Positions 13,601-28,453 of a stretch of DNA of 64,000 nucleotides are shown piece after piece. The stretch lies in NCBI RefSeq assembly GCF_009914755.1, contig NC_060948.1, one strand, 5' to 3'. The DNA comes from the human T2T-CHM13v2.0 reference genome, Homo sapiens. Each line of letters begins with the position of its first letter. Position 1 is the first letter of the stretch. The position numbers were made by a program, and so were the translations under genes. The notes under the pieces are model-generated. The model worked only from the letters and a program-made list of their open reading frames with translations. It was not told the DNA's origin and did not search any database.

Positions 13601-14216
13601 TAATGGAATGGAATTAAATGGAAATGAATCAAATTGAATAGCACGGAATTGAATTGAATGGAATGGAATGCAATGGAATCTAATGAAACGGAAAGGAAAG
13701 GAATGGAATGGAATGGAATGGGCTGGAATGGAAAGGAATCGAAACGAATGGAATGGAATCGAACTGAAGAGACTGGAATGGAATGCACTGGAATGGAAGG
13801 GAGTGTAATGGAAGGTTCTCGAAAAAAATGGAATCGAATGGAATGGAATTGAATGGAACGGAATAGAGTCGAATGGAATTGAATGGAATGGAATGGACTA
13901 GAGTGAAATGGAATCGAACCACAAGGAATGGACAGGAATAGAATGGTCTCGAATTGAATGGGATCGTATGGAATGGCATCAAACGGAATGGAATGGACAG
14001 CCACGGAATGGAATGCACTCGAATGCAATGGAGTCGAAACTAATGGACTGGAATAGAATGGACTCGACTGGTACGGACTCCAATGGAATGGAATCGAATG
14101 AAAGGGAATCGAACGGAATGGACTCGAAGGGAAAAGACTGCAATGGAAAGGTCTCGAATGGAATGGAAATTAATGGAATGGAATGGAATCGAATGAAATG
14201 GAGTCAAAAGGAATGG
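10673..14216 (+). repeat. DYZ1 unit 4 (3544 bp), B-type head with a distinct variant cluster at 12811-13070
   Basis: Anchor ORF at 10769; shortest pure pentamer tract; gacagtaa, gagacaaa and gaagagaata variants. Confidence 0.88.
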
Positions 14217-17200
14217 AATCGAATGGCAAGAAATCGAATGTAATGGAATCGCAAGGAATTGATGTGAACGGAACGGAATGGAATGGAATCCAAAGGAATG
14301 GAATAGAATGGAATGGAATCGAATGGAAAGGACTCGAATGGAAATCACTCGAATAGAATGCAATTTAATAAAATAGGATCAAATGTAATGTAATGGAATG
14401 GAAAGGAATCGAAACGAAAGGAATGGAGACAGATGGAATGGAATGGAACAGAGAGCAATGGTATAGAATGGAATGGAATCATCTGGAATGGAATTGAATG
14501 GAATGGAATAATATGAAATGGAATGGAATGGAATGGAATGGAATGCCCTTGAATTAAATGGACTGGAATCGAACAGAGTGGAATGGAAAGTGTTGAGGTA
14601 GAATGGAATGGACTCCTTTGGAATGGTGTAGTATGCAATGCAATCGACTGGTATGGAATCAAAAGGAATGTAATGGAATGGATTGGACTGGAATGCAATG
14701 GACTCGAATAGATTGGAAACGGAATGCAAAGGAATGGAATGGAATAGTATGGAATTTAATGGAAAGGAATGGAGTGGAATAGACTAGAGTGGAATGGAAT
14801 GGACTGGAAAGAAATGGACTGGAATGGAACTTTCTTGAATGGACTGGAATCAAACGGAATGGAATGCAATGCAATCAAATGGCATGGAATAAAATAGAAT
14901 GAAAGAGAATCAAATGGAATTGAATCGAATGGAATCGAATGGATTGGAAAGGAATAGAATGGAATGGAATGGAATGGACTCAAATGGAATGGACTAGAAT
15001 GGAATGGATTCGAATGGAAGGCAAAGGAATGGAATCTATTGGAATGGACTGTAATGGAATGGAATGGAAGGGATTGGAATGGACTCGAATGGAATGGACT
15101 GCAATAGAAAGGATTCGAATGGAATGAAAAAGAATTGAATGGAATAGAACAGAATGGAATCAAATCGAATGAAATGGAATGGAATAGAAAGGAATGGAAT
15201 GAAATGGAATGGAAAGGATTCGAATGGAATGCAATCGAATGGAATGGAGTCGAACGGAATGGAATAAAATGGAAGAAAACTGGCAAGAAATGGAATCGAA
15301 ATGAATGGAGTGTTATGGAACGGACTCAAAAGGAATTGAATGTAATAGAATGGAGTGGAGTGGACTCGAATATAATGGACTGGAATGGAATGAAATCACA
15401 TGGAATGGGAACGAATGGAATGGAATGGAAAGGAATGGAATCGAATGGAAAGGAATCGAATGGAAGGGAATGAAATTGAATCAACAGGAATGGAAGGGAA
15501 TAGAATAGACGGTAATGGAATGGACTCGAATAGAATGGACACGAATGCTCAAATTGAATGGACTCGAATGGAATGGAAACGAAAGGAATGTCATCGAATG
15601 GAATTGAATCGATTGGAATGAAATCGCATAGAATGGAGTGGAATCAAATGGAATTGAATCGAAAGGAAAGGAAGCGAATGGACTGAAATGAAATGGAATG
15701 GAATTGAATGGAAAGTAATGCAATGGAATAGAATGGAACGAAATTTCACGGAATGGAATCAAACTGAATGGAATCAAATCAATGGAATCAAATCAAATGG
15801 AATGGAAAGGAATTGAATGGAGTAGATTGGATTGGATGGGATTGGAATGAAATGTACTGGAAAGGACTCGAATTTCATGAAACGGAATGGAATGAATTGG
15901 AACGGAATGGACTCGAATGGAATGGAATGTCATGGAATGGCATCAAATGGAATGGCATCAAATGGAATGGAATCGAATGCAATGGAATGCTATGGAATGG
16001 AATGGAATGCATTGGAATGGAATGTCCTCTAATGGAATGGATTCGAGTGGAATGGAATCGAATATAATGGAGTCGAATGAAATGGAATTGAAAGGAATGG
16101 GATCGAATACAATGGAATATACTGGAATGTAATGTAATGAACTCGAATGTAATTGACTGGAATGGAATGTACATGAATGGAATGTAATCGAATGGAAAGT
16201 AATCCAATGGAATAGAATCTAATGCAATAAAATCGACTCAGATAGAGTAGAATGTAATGGAATGGAGTGCAGTGCAATGGAATGGAATGGAATGGAATGC
16301 AATGGAATGGAATGGAATGGAATGGAATGGAATGGGATGGAATGGTATGGAATGGATAGTAATGGACTGGAGTGAAATGGACTGGAAAGGAATGGACTCA
16401 AATTCAAAGGGCTCGAAAGGAATGGAGTCAAATGGAATGGTCTGGAATGGAATGAACACGAATGTAATGCAATCCAATAGAATGGAATCGAATGGCATGG
16501 AATATAAAGAAATGGAATCGAAGAGAATGGAAACAAATGGAATGGAATTGAATGGAATGGAATTGAATGGAATGGGAACGAATGGAGTGAAATTGTATGC
16601 AGTAGAAGGGAATAGAATGGAATGCAAGCGAAAGGAAAGGAATGGATTGGAATGGAATGGAATTCATTGGAATGGAAGGGAATGTAGTGTAATGGACAGG
16701 CCTGGAATAAAGTGGAATGCTACGGTCTCGAATGGAATAAAAATGTATGGAATGGAATGCAATGAAACGGAATCGAATGTCATAGAATGTAATGGAATGC
16801 AAAAAAATGGAATCCAAAATCATTGACTGGAAAGGCTGGGTGTCGAAAGGAATTGACTCCAATGGAATGGAATCGAATGGAATGGAAGTGAATAGAATCG
16901 AACTAAATCGAATGGAATGGAATTGATAGGAACGGAATGGAAAGGAATGCAATGATTTGGCATGGAATGGAATCGAATGGCATCGAATGGAATGGAATGG
17001 AATGCAATGGAATGGAATGTATTAGAATGTAATGAACTTTAATGGAATGTACTCGAATGGATTCGACTGGAATGGAATGTTCTGGAAGTGAATGGACTCC
17101 AATGGAATGGATTCAAAAGGAATGGAATCGTACGGAATGGAATCTAATGGAATGGAATTAAATGGAAATGAATCAAATTGAATAGCACGGAATTGAATTG

Positions 17201-17760
17201 AATGGAATGGAATGCAATGGAATCTAATGAAACGGAAAGGAAAGGAATGGAATGGAATGGAATGGGCTGGAATGGAAAGGAATCGAAACGAATGGAATGG
17301 AATCGAACTGAAGAGACTGGAATGGAATGCACTGGAATGGAAGGGAGTGTAATGGAAGGTTCTCGAAAAAAATGGAATCGAATGGAATGGAATTGAATGG
17401 AACGGAATAGAGTCGAATGGAATTGAATGGAATGGAATGGACTAGAGTGAAGTGGAATCGAACCACAAGGAATGGACAGGAATAGAATGGTCTCGAATTG
17501 AATGGAATCGTATGGAATGGCATCAAACGGAATGGAATGGACAGCCACGGAATGGAATGCACTCGAATGCAATGGAGTCGAAACTAATGGACTGGAATAG
17601 AATGGACTCTACTGGTACGGACTCCAATGGAATGGAATCGAATGGAAGGGAATCGAACGGAATGGACTCGAAGGGAAAAGACTGCAATGGAAAGGTCTCG
17701 AATGGAATGGAAATTAATGGAATGGAATGGAATCGAATGAAATGGAGTCAAAAGGAATGG
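14217..17760 (+). repeat. DYZ1 unit 5 (3544 bp), divergent head with 10-bp deletion, B-type tail
   Basis: gactggaatcgaacag at 14561-14576 versus gactggaatggaatggactcgaacag elsewhere. The tail has tcaaattcaaagg, gtgaagtgg and gactctactgg, as in unit 2. Confidence 0.88.
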
Positions 17761-20700
17761 AATCGAATGGCAAGAAATCGAATGTAATGGAATCGCAAGG
17801 AATTGATGTGAACGGAACGGAATGGAATGGAATCCAAAGGAATGGAATAGAATGGAATGGAATCGAATGGAAAGGACTCGAATGGAAATCACTCGAATAG
17901 AATGCAATTTAATAAAATAGGATCAAATGTAATGGAATGGAATGGAAAGGAATCGAAACGAAAGGAATGGAGACAGATGGAATGGAATGGAACAGAGAGC
18001 AATGGTATAGAATGGAATGGAATCATCTGGAAAGGAATTGAATGGAATGGAATAATATGAAATGGAATGGAATGGAATGGAATGGAATGCCCTTGAATTA
18101 AATGGACTGGAATGGAATGGACTCGAACAGAGTGGAATGGAAAGTGTTGAGATAGAATGGAATGGACTCCTTTGGAATGGTGTAGTATGCAATGCAATCG
18201 ACTGGCAGGGAATCAAAAGGAATGTAATGGAATGGATTGGACTGGAATGCAATGGACTCGAATAGATTGCAAACGGAATGCAAAGGAATGGAATGGAATA
18301 GTATGGAATGGAATGGAAAGGAATGGAGTGGAATAGACTAGAGTGGAATGGAATGGACTGGAAAGAAATGGACTGGAATGGAACTTTCTTGAATGGACTG
18401 GAATCAAACGGAATGGAATGTAATGCAATCAAATGGCATGGAATAAAATAGAATGAAAGAGAATCAAATGGAATTGAATCGAATGGAATCGAATGGATTG
18501 GAAAGGAATAGAATGGAATGGAATGGAATGGACTCAAATGGAATGGACTAGAATGGAATGGATTCGAATGGAAGGCAAAGGAATGGAATCTATGGGAATG
18601 GACTGTAATGGAATGGAATGGAAGGGATTGGAATGGACTCGAATGGAATGGACTGCAATAGAAAGGATTCGAATGGAATGAAAAAGAATTGAATGGAATA
18701 GAACAGAATGGAATCAAATCGAATGAAATGGAATGGAATAGAAAGGAATGGAATGAAATGGAATGGAAAGGATTCGAATGGAATGCAATCGAATGGAATG
18801 GAGTCGAACGGAATGGAATAAAATGGAAGAAAACTGGCAAGAAATGGAATCGAAATGAATGGAGTGTTATGGAACGGACTCAAAAGGAATTGAATGTAAT
18901 AGAATGGAGTGGAGTGGACTCGAATATAATGGACTGGAATGGAATGAAATCACATGGAATGGGAACGAATGGAATGGAATGGAAAGGAATGGAATCGAAT
19001 GGAAAGGAATCGAATGGAAGGGAATGAAATTGAATCAACAGGAATGGAAGGGAATAGAATAGACGGTAATGGAATGGACTCGAATAGAATGGACACGAAT
19101 GCTCAAATTGAATGGACTCGAATGGAATGGAAACGAAAGGAATGTCATCGAATGGAATTGAATCGATTGGAATGAAATCGCATAGAATGGAGTGGAATCA
19201 AATGGAATTGAATCGAAAGGAAAGGAAGCGAATGGACTGAAATGAAATGGAATGGAATTGAATGGAAAGTAATGCAATGGAATAGAATGGAACGAAATTT
19301 CACGGAATGGAATCAAACTGAATGGAATCAAATCAATGGAATCTAATCAAATGGAATGGAAAGGAATTGAATGGAGTAGATTGGATTGGATGGGATTGGA
19401 ATGAAATGTACTGGAAAGGACTCGAATTTCATGAAACGGAATGGAATGAATTGGAATGGAATGGACTAGAATGGAATGGAATGTCATGGAATGGCATCAA
19501 ATGGAATGGCATCAAATGGAATGGAATCGAATGCAATGGAATGCTATGGAATGGAATGGAATGCATTGGAATGGAATGTCCTCTAATGGAATGGATTCGA
19601 GTGGAATGGAATCGAATATAATGGAGTCGAATGAAATGGAATTGAAAGGAATGGGATCGAATACAATGGAATATACTGGAATGTAATGTAATGAACTCGA
19701 ATGTAATTGACTGGAATGGAATGTACATGAATGGAATGTAATCGAATGGAAAGTAATCCAATGGAATAGAATCTAATGCAATAAAATCGACTCAGATAGA
19801 GTAGAATGTAATGGAATGGAGTGCAGTGCAATGGAATGGAATGGAATGGAATGCAATTGAATGGAATGGAATGGAATGGAATGGAATGGAATGGAATGGG
19901 ATGGAATGGTATGGAATGGATAGTAATGGACTGGAGTGAAATGGACTGGAAAGGAATGGACTCAAATTGAAAGGGCTCGAAAGGAATGGAGTCAAATGGA
20001 ATGGTCTGGAATGGAATGAACACGAATGTAATGCAATCCAATAGAATGGAATCGAATGGCATGGAATATAAAGAAATGGAATCGGAGAGAATGGAAACAA
20101 ATGGAATGGAATTGAATGGAATGGAATTGAATGGAATGGGAACGAATGGAGTGAAATTGTATGCAGTAGAAGGGAATAGAATGGAATGCAAGCGAAAGGA
20201 AAGGAATGGATTGGAATGGAATGGAATTCATTGGAATGGAAGGGAATGTAGTGTAATGGACAGGCCTGGAATAAAGTGGAATGCTACGGTCTCGAATGGA
20301 ATAAAAATGTATGGAATGGAATGCAATGAAATGGAATCGAATGTCATAGAATGTAATGGAATGCAACAAAATGGAATCCAAAATCATTGACTGGAAAGGC
20401 TGGGTGTCGAAAGGAATTGACTCCAATGGAATGGAATCGAATGGAATGGAAGTGAATAGAATCGAACTAAATCGAATGCAATGGAATTGATAGGAACGGA
20501 ATGGAAAGGAATGCAATGATTTGGCATGGAATGGAATCGAATGGCATCGAATGGAATGGAATGGAATGCAATGGAATGGAATGTATTAGAATGTAATGAA
20601 CTTTAATGGAATGTACTCGAATGGATTCGACTGGAATGGAATGTTCTGGAAGTGATTGGACTCCAATGGAATGGATTCCAAAGGAATGGAATCGTACGGA

Positions 20701-21324
20701 ATGGAATCTAATGGAATGGAATTAAATGGAAATGAATCAAATTGAATAGCACGGAATTGAATTGAATGGAATGGAATGCAATGGAATCTAATGAAACGGA
20801 AAGGAAAGGAATGGAATGGAATGGAATGGGCTGGAATGGAAAGGAATCGAAACGAATGGAATGGAATCGAACTGAAGAGACTGGAATGGAATGCACTGGA
20901 ATGGAAGGGAGTGTAATGGAAGGTTCTCGAAAAAAATGGAATCGAATGGAATGGAATTGAATGGAACGGAATAGAGTCGAATGGAATTGAATGGAATGGA
21001 ATGGACTAGAGTGAAATGGAATCGAACCACAAGGAATGGACAGGAATAGAATGGTCTCGAATTGAATGGGATCATATGGAATGGCATCAAACGGAATGGA
21101 ATGGACAGCCACGGAATGGAATGCACTCGAATGCAATGGAGTCGAAACTAATGGACTGGAATAGAATGGACTCGACTGGTACGGACTCCAATGGAATGGA
21201 ATCGAATGGAAGGGAATCGAACGGAATGGACTCGAAGGGAAAAGACTGCAATGGAAAGGTCTCGAATGGAATGGAAATTAATGGAATGGAATGGAATCGA
21301 ATGAAATGGAGTCAAAAGGAATGG
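17761..21324 (+). repeat. DYZ1 unit 6 (3564 bp), type A
   Basis: Line 17761 reproduces line 1 exactly; A markers present. Confidence 0.9.
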
Positions 21325-24300
21325 AATCGAATGGCAAGAAATCGAATGTAATGGAATCGCAAGGAATTGATGTGAACGGAATGGAATGGAATGGAATCCA
21401 AAGGAATGGAATAGAATGGAATGGAATCGAATGGAAAGGACTCGAATGGAAATCACTCGAATAGAATGCAATTTAATAAAATAGGATCAAATGTAATGGA
21501 ATGGAATGGAAAGGAATCGAAACGAAAGGAATGGAGACAGATGGAATGGAATGGAACAGAGAGCAATGGTATAGAATGGAATGGAATCATCTGGAGTGGA
21601 ATTGAATGGAATGGAATAATATGAAATGGAATGGAATGGAATGGAATGGAATGCCCTTGAATTAAATGGACTGGAATGGAATGGACTCGAACAGAGTGGA
21701 ATGGAAAGTGTTGAGATAGAATGGAATGGACTCCTTTGGAATGGTGTAGTATGCAATGCAATCGACTGGCAGGGAATCAAAAGGAATGTAATCGAATGGA
21801 CTGGACTGGAATGCAATGGACTCGAATAGATTGGAAACGGAATGCAAAGGAATGGAATGGAATAGTATGGAATGGAATGGAAAGGAATGGAGTGGAATAG
21901 ACTAGAGTGGAATGGAATGGACTGGAAAGCAATGGACTGGAATGGAACTTTCTTGAATGGACTGGAATCAAACGGAATGGAATGCAATGCAATCAAATGG
22001 CATGGAATAAAATAGAATGAAAGAGAATCGAATGGAATTGAATCGAATGGAATCGAATGGATTGGAAAGGAATAGAATGGAATGGAATGGAATGGACTCA
22101 AATGGAATGGACTAGAATGGAATGGATTCGAATGGAAGGCAAAGGAATGGAATCTATTGGAATGGACTGTAATGGAATGGAATGGAAGGGATTGGAATGG
22201 ACTCGAATGGAATGGACTGCAATAGAAAGGATTCGAATGGAATGAAAAAGAATTGAATGGAATAGAACAGAATGGAATCAAATCGAATGAAATGGAATGG
22301 AATAGAAAGGAATGGAATGAAATGGAATGGAAAGGATTCGAATGGAATGCAATCGAATGGAATGGAATCGAACGGAATGGAATAAAATGGAAGAAAACTG
22401 GCAAGAAATGGAATCGAAATGAATGGAGTGTTATGGAACGGACTCAAAAGGAATTGAATGTAATAGAATGGAGTGGAGTGGACTCGAATATAATGGACTG
22501 GAATGGAATGAAATCACATGGAATGGGAACGAATGGAATGGAATGGAAAGGAATGGAATCGAATGGAAAGGAATCGAATGGAAGGGAATGAAATTGAATC
22601 AACAGGAATGGAAGGGAATAGAATAGACGGTAATGGAATGGACTCGAATAGAATGGACACGAATGCTCAAATTGAATGGACTCGAATGGAATGGAAACGA
22701 AAGGAATGTCATCGAATGGAATTGAATCGATTGGAATGAAATCGCATAGAATGGAGTGGAATCAAATGGAATTGAATCGAAAGGAAAGGAAGCGAATGGA
22801 CTGAAATGAAATGGAATGGAATTGAATGGAAAGTAATGCAATGGAATAGAATGGAACGAAATTTCACGGAATGGAATCAAACTGAATGGAATCAAATCAA
22901 TGGAATCAAATCAAATGGAATGGAAAGGAATTGAATGGAGTAGATTGGATTGGATGGGATTGGAATGAAATGTACTGGAAAGGACTCGAATTTCATGAAA
23001 CGGAATGGAATGAATTGGAACGGAATGGACTCGAATGGAATGGAATGTCATGGAATGGCATCAAATGGAATGGCATCAAATGGAATGGAATCGAATGCAA
23101 TGGAATGCTATGGAATGGAATGGAATGCATTGGAATGGAATGTCCTCTAATGGAATGGATTCGAGTGGAATGGAATCGAATATAATGGAGTCGAATGAAA
23201 TGGAATTGAAAGGAATGGGATCGAATAGAATGGAATATACTGGAATGTAATGTAATGAACTCGAATGTAATTGACTGGAATGGAATGTACATGAATGGAA
23301 TGTAATCGAATGGAAAGTAATCCAATGGAATAGAATCTAATGCAATAAAACCGACTCAGATAGAGTAGAATGTAATGGAATGGAGTGCAGTGCAATGGAA
23401 GGGAATGGAATTGAATGCAATGGAATGGAATGGAATGGAATGGAATGGAATGGAATGGAATGGAATGGAATGGATAGTAATGGACTGGAGTGAAATGGAC
23501 TGGAAAGGAATGGACTCAAATTGAAAGGGCTCGAAAGGAATGGAGTCAAATGGAATGGTCTGGAATGGAATGAACACGAATGTAATGCAATCCAATAGAA
23601 TGGAATCGAATGGCATGGAATATAAAGAAATGGAATCGAAGAGAATGGAAACAAATGGAATGGAATTGAATGGAATGGAATTGAATGGAATGGGAACGAA
23701 TGGAGTGAAATTGTATGCAGTAGAAGGGAATAGAATGGAATGCAAGCGAAAGGAAAGGAATGGATTGGAATGGAATGGAATTCATTGGAATGGAAGGGAA
23801 TGTAGTGTAATGGACAGGCCTGGAATAAAGTGGAATGCTACGGTCTCGAATGGAATAAAAATGTATGGAATGGAATGCAATGAAACGGAATCGAATGTCA
23901 TAGAATGTAATGGAATGCAAAAAAATGGAATCCAAAATCATTGACTGGAAAGGCTGGGTGTCGAAAGGAATTGACTCCAATGGAATGGAATCGAATGGAA
24001 TGGAAGTGAATAGAATCGAACTAAATCGAATGGAATGGAATTGATAGGAACGGAATGGAAAGGAATGCAATGATTTGGCATGGAATGGAATCGAATGGCA
24101 TCGAATGGAATGGAATGGAATGCAATGGAATGGAATGTATTAGAATGTAATGAACTTTAATGGAATGTACTCGAATGGATTCGACTGGAATGGAATGTTC
24201 TGGAAGTGAATGGACTCCAATGCAATGGATTCAATAGGAATGGAATCGTACGGAATGGAATCTAATGGAATGGAATTAAATGGAAATGAATCAAATTGAA

Positions 24301-24878
24301 TAGCACGGAATTGAATTGCATGGAATGGAATGCAATGGAATCTAATGAAACGGAAAGGAAAGGAATGGAATGGAATGGAATGGACTGGAATGGAAAGGAA
24401 TCTAAACGAATGGAATGGAATCGAACTGAAGAGACTGGAATGGAATGCACTGGAATGGAAGGGAGTGTAATGGAAGGTTCTCGAAAAAAATGGAATCGAA
24501 TGGAATGGAATTGAATGGAACGGAATAGAGTCGAATGGAATTGAATGGAATGGAATGGACTAGAGTGAAATGGAATCGAACCACAAGGAATGGACATGAA
24601 TAGAATGGTCTCGAATTGAATGGAATCGTATGGAATGGCATCAAACGGAATGGAATGGACAGCCACGGAATGGAATGCACTCGAATGCAATGGAGTCGAA
24701 ACTAATGGACTGGAATAGAATGGACTCGACTGGTACGGACTCCAATGGAATGGAATCGAATGGAAGGGAATCGAACGGAATGGACTCGAAGGGAAAAGAC
24801 TGCAATGGAAAGGTCTCGAATGGAATGGAAATTAATGGAATGGAATGGAATCGAATGAAATGGAGTCAAAAGGAATGG
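21325..24878 (+). repeat. DYZ1 unit 7 (3554 bp), B-type head, divergent after ~23220
   Basis: Anchor ORF at 21421; private tail variants (tcaatagg, gaattgcatgg, tctaaacg, gacatgaa). Confidence 0.88.
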
Positions 24879-27800
24879 AATCGAATGGCAAGAAATCGAA
24901 TGTAATGGAATCACAAGGAATTGATGTGAACGGAACGGAATGGAATGGAATCCAAAGGAATGGAATAGAATGGAATGGAATCGAACGGAAAGGACTCGAA
25001 TGGAAATCACTGGAATAGAATGCAATTTAATAAAATAGGATCAAATGTAATGGAATGGAATGGAAAGGAATCGAAACGAAAGGAATGGAGACAGATGGAA
25101 TGGAATGGAACAGACAGCAATGGTATAGAATGGAATGGAATCATCTGGAATGGAATTGAATGGAATGGAATAATATGAAATGGAATGGAATGGAATGGAA
25201 TGGAATGCCCTTGAATTAAATGGACTGGAATGGAATGGACTCGAACAGAGTGGAATGGAAAGTGTTGAGATAGAATGGAATGGACTCCTTTGGAATGGTG
25301 TAGTATGCAATGCAATCGACTGGCAGGGAATCAAAAGGAATGTAATCGAATGGACTGGACTGGAATGCAATGGACTCGAATAGATTGGAAACGGAATGCA
25401 AAGGAATGGAATGGAATAGTATGGAATGGAATGGAAAGGAATGGAGTGGAATAGACTAGAGTGGAATGGAATGGACTGGAAAGCAATGGACTGGAATGGA
25501 ACTTTCTTGAATGGACTGGAATCAAACGCAATGGAATGCAATGCAATCAAATGGCATGGAATAAAATAGAATGAAAGAGAATCGAATGGAATTGAATCGA
25601 ATGGAATCGAATGGATTGGAAAGGAATAGAATGGAATGGAATGGAATTGACTCAAATGGAATGGACTAGAATGGAATGGATTCGAATGGAAGGCAAAGGA
25701 ATGGAATCTATTGGAATGGACTGTAATGGAATGGAATGGAAGGGATTGGAATGGACTCGAATGGAATGGACTGCAATAGAAAGGATTCGAATGGAATGAA
25801 AAAGAATTGAATGGAATAGAACAGAATGGAATCAAATCGAATGAAATGGAATGGAATAGAAAGGAATGGAATGAAATGGAATGGAAAGGATTCGAATGGA
25901 ATGCAATCGAATGGAATGGAATCGAACGGAATGGAATAAAATGGAAGAAAACTGGCAAGAAATGGAATCGAAATGAATGGAGTGTTATGGAACGGACTCA
26001 AAAGGAATTGAATGTAATAGAATGGAGTGGAGTGGACTCGAATATAATGGACTGGAATGGAATGAAATCACATGGAATGGGAATGAATGGAATGGAATGG
26101 AAAGGAATGGAATCGAATGGAAAGGAATCGAATGGAAGGGAATGAAATTGAATCAACAGGAATGGAAGGGAATAGAATAGACGGTAATGGAATGGACTCG
26201 AATAGAATGGACAGGAATGCTCAAATTGAATGGACTCGAATGGAATGGAAACGAAAGGAATGTCATCGAATGGAATTGAATCGATTGGAATGAAATCGTA
26301 TAGAATGGAGTGGAATCAAATGGAATTGAATCGAAAGGAAAGGAAGCAAATGGACTGAAATGAAATGGAATGGAATTGAATGGAAAGTTATGTAATGGAA
26401 TAGAATGGAACGAAATTTCACGGAATGGAATCAAACTGAATGGAATCAAATCAATGGAATCAAATCAAATGGAATGGAAAGGAATTGAATGGAGTAGATT
26501 GGATTGGATGGGATTGGAATGAAATGTACTGGAAAGGACTCGAATTTCATGAAACGGAATGGAATGAATTGGAACGGAACGGACTCGAATGGAATGGAAT
26601 GTCATGGAATGGCATCAAATGGAATGGCATCAAATGGAATGGAATCGAATGCAATGGAATGCTATGGAATGGAATGGAATGCATTGGAATGGAATGTCCT
26701 CTAATGGAATGGATTCGAGTGGAATGGAATCGAATATAATGGAGTCGAATGAAATGGAATTGAAAGGAATGGGATCGAATACAATGGAATATACTGGAAT
26801 GTAAGGTAATGAACTCGAATGTAATTGACTGGAATGGAATGTACATGAATGGAATGTAATCGAATGGAAAGTATATCCAATGGAATAGAATCTAATGCAA
26901 TAAAATCGACTCAGATAGAGTAGAATGTAATGGAATGGAGTGCAGTGCAATGGAATGGAATGGAATGGAATGCAATGGAATGGAATGGAATGGAATGGAA
27001 TGGAATGGAATGGAATGGAATGGAATGGAATGGAATGGTGTGGAATGGATAGTAATGGACTGGAGTGAAATGGACTGGAAAGGAATGGACTCAAATTGAA
27101 AGGGCTCGAAAGGAATGGAGTCAAATGGAATGGTCTGGAATGGAATGAACACGAATGTAATGCAATCCAATAGAATGGAATCGAATGGCATGGAATATAA
27201 AGAAATGGAATCGAAGAGAATGGAAACAAATGGAATGGAATTGAGTGGAATGGAATTGAATGGAATGGGAACGAATGGAGTGAAATTGTATGCAGTAGAA
27301 GAGAATAGAATGGAATGCAAGCGAAAGGAAAGGAATGGATTGGAATGGAATGGAATTCATTGGAATGGAAGGGAATGTAGTGTAATGGACAGGCCTGGAA
27401 TAAAGTGGAATGCTACGGTCTCGAATGGAATAAAAATGTATGGAATGGAATGCAATGAAACGGAATCGAATGTCATAGAATGTAATGGAATGCAAAAAAA
27501 TGGAATCCAAAATCATTGACTGGAAAGGCTGGGTGTCGAAAGGAATTGACTCCAATGGAATGGAATCGAATTTAATGGAAGTGAATAGAATCGAACTAAA
27601 TCGAATGGAATGGAATTGATAGGAACGGAATGGAAAGGAATGCAATGATTTGGCATGGAATGGAATCGAATGGCATCGAATGGAATGGAATGGAATGCAA
27701 TGGAATGGAATGTATTAGAATGTAATGAAATTTAATGGAATGTACTCGAATGGATTCGACTGGAATGGAATGTTCTGGAAGTGAATGGACTCCAATGGAA

Positions 27801-28453
27801 TGGATTCAAAAGGAATGGAAACGTACGGAATGGAATCTAATGGAATGGAATTAAATGGAAATGAATCAAATTGAATAGCACGGAATTGAATTGAATGAAA
27901 TGGAATGCAATGGAATCTAATGAAACGGAAAGGAAAGGAATGGAATGGAATGGAATGGGCTGGAATGGAAAGGAATCGAAACGAATGGAATGGAATCGAA
28001 CTGAAGAGACTGGAATGGAATGCACTGGAATGGAAGGGAGTGTAATGGAAGGTTCTCGAAAAAAATGGAATCGAATGGAATGGAATTGAATGGAACGGAA
28101 TAGAGTCGAATGGAATTGAATGGAATGGAATGGACTAGAGTGAAATGGAATCGAACCACAAGGAATGGACAGGAATAGAATGGTCTCGAATTGAATGGAA
28201 TCGTATGGAATGGCATCAAACGGAATGGAATGGACAGCCACGGAATGGAATGCACTCGAATGCAATGGAGTCGAAACTAATGGACTGGAATAGAATGGAC
28301 TCGACTGGTACGGACTCCAATGGAATGGAATCGAATGGAAGGGAATCGAACTGAATGGACTCGAAGGGAAAAGACTGCAATGGAAAGGTCTCGAATGGAA
28401 TGGAAATTAATGGAATGGAATGGAATCGAATGAAATGGAGTCAAAAGTAATGG
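24879..28453 (+). repeat. DYZ1 unit 8 (3575 bp), with a 1-bp insertion and a long pure tract
   Basis: Anchor ORF at 24975; gtatatccaa at 26871-26880; (TGGAA)12 starting at 26976. Confidence 0.88.
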
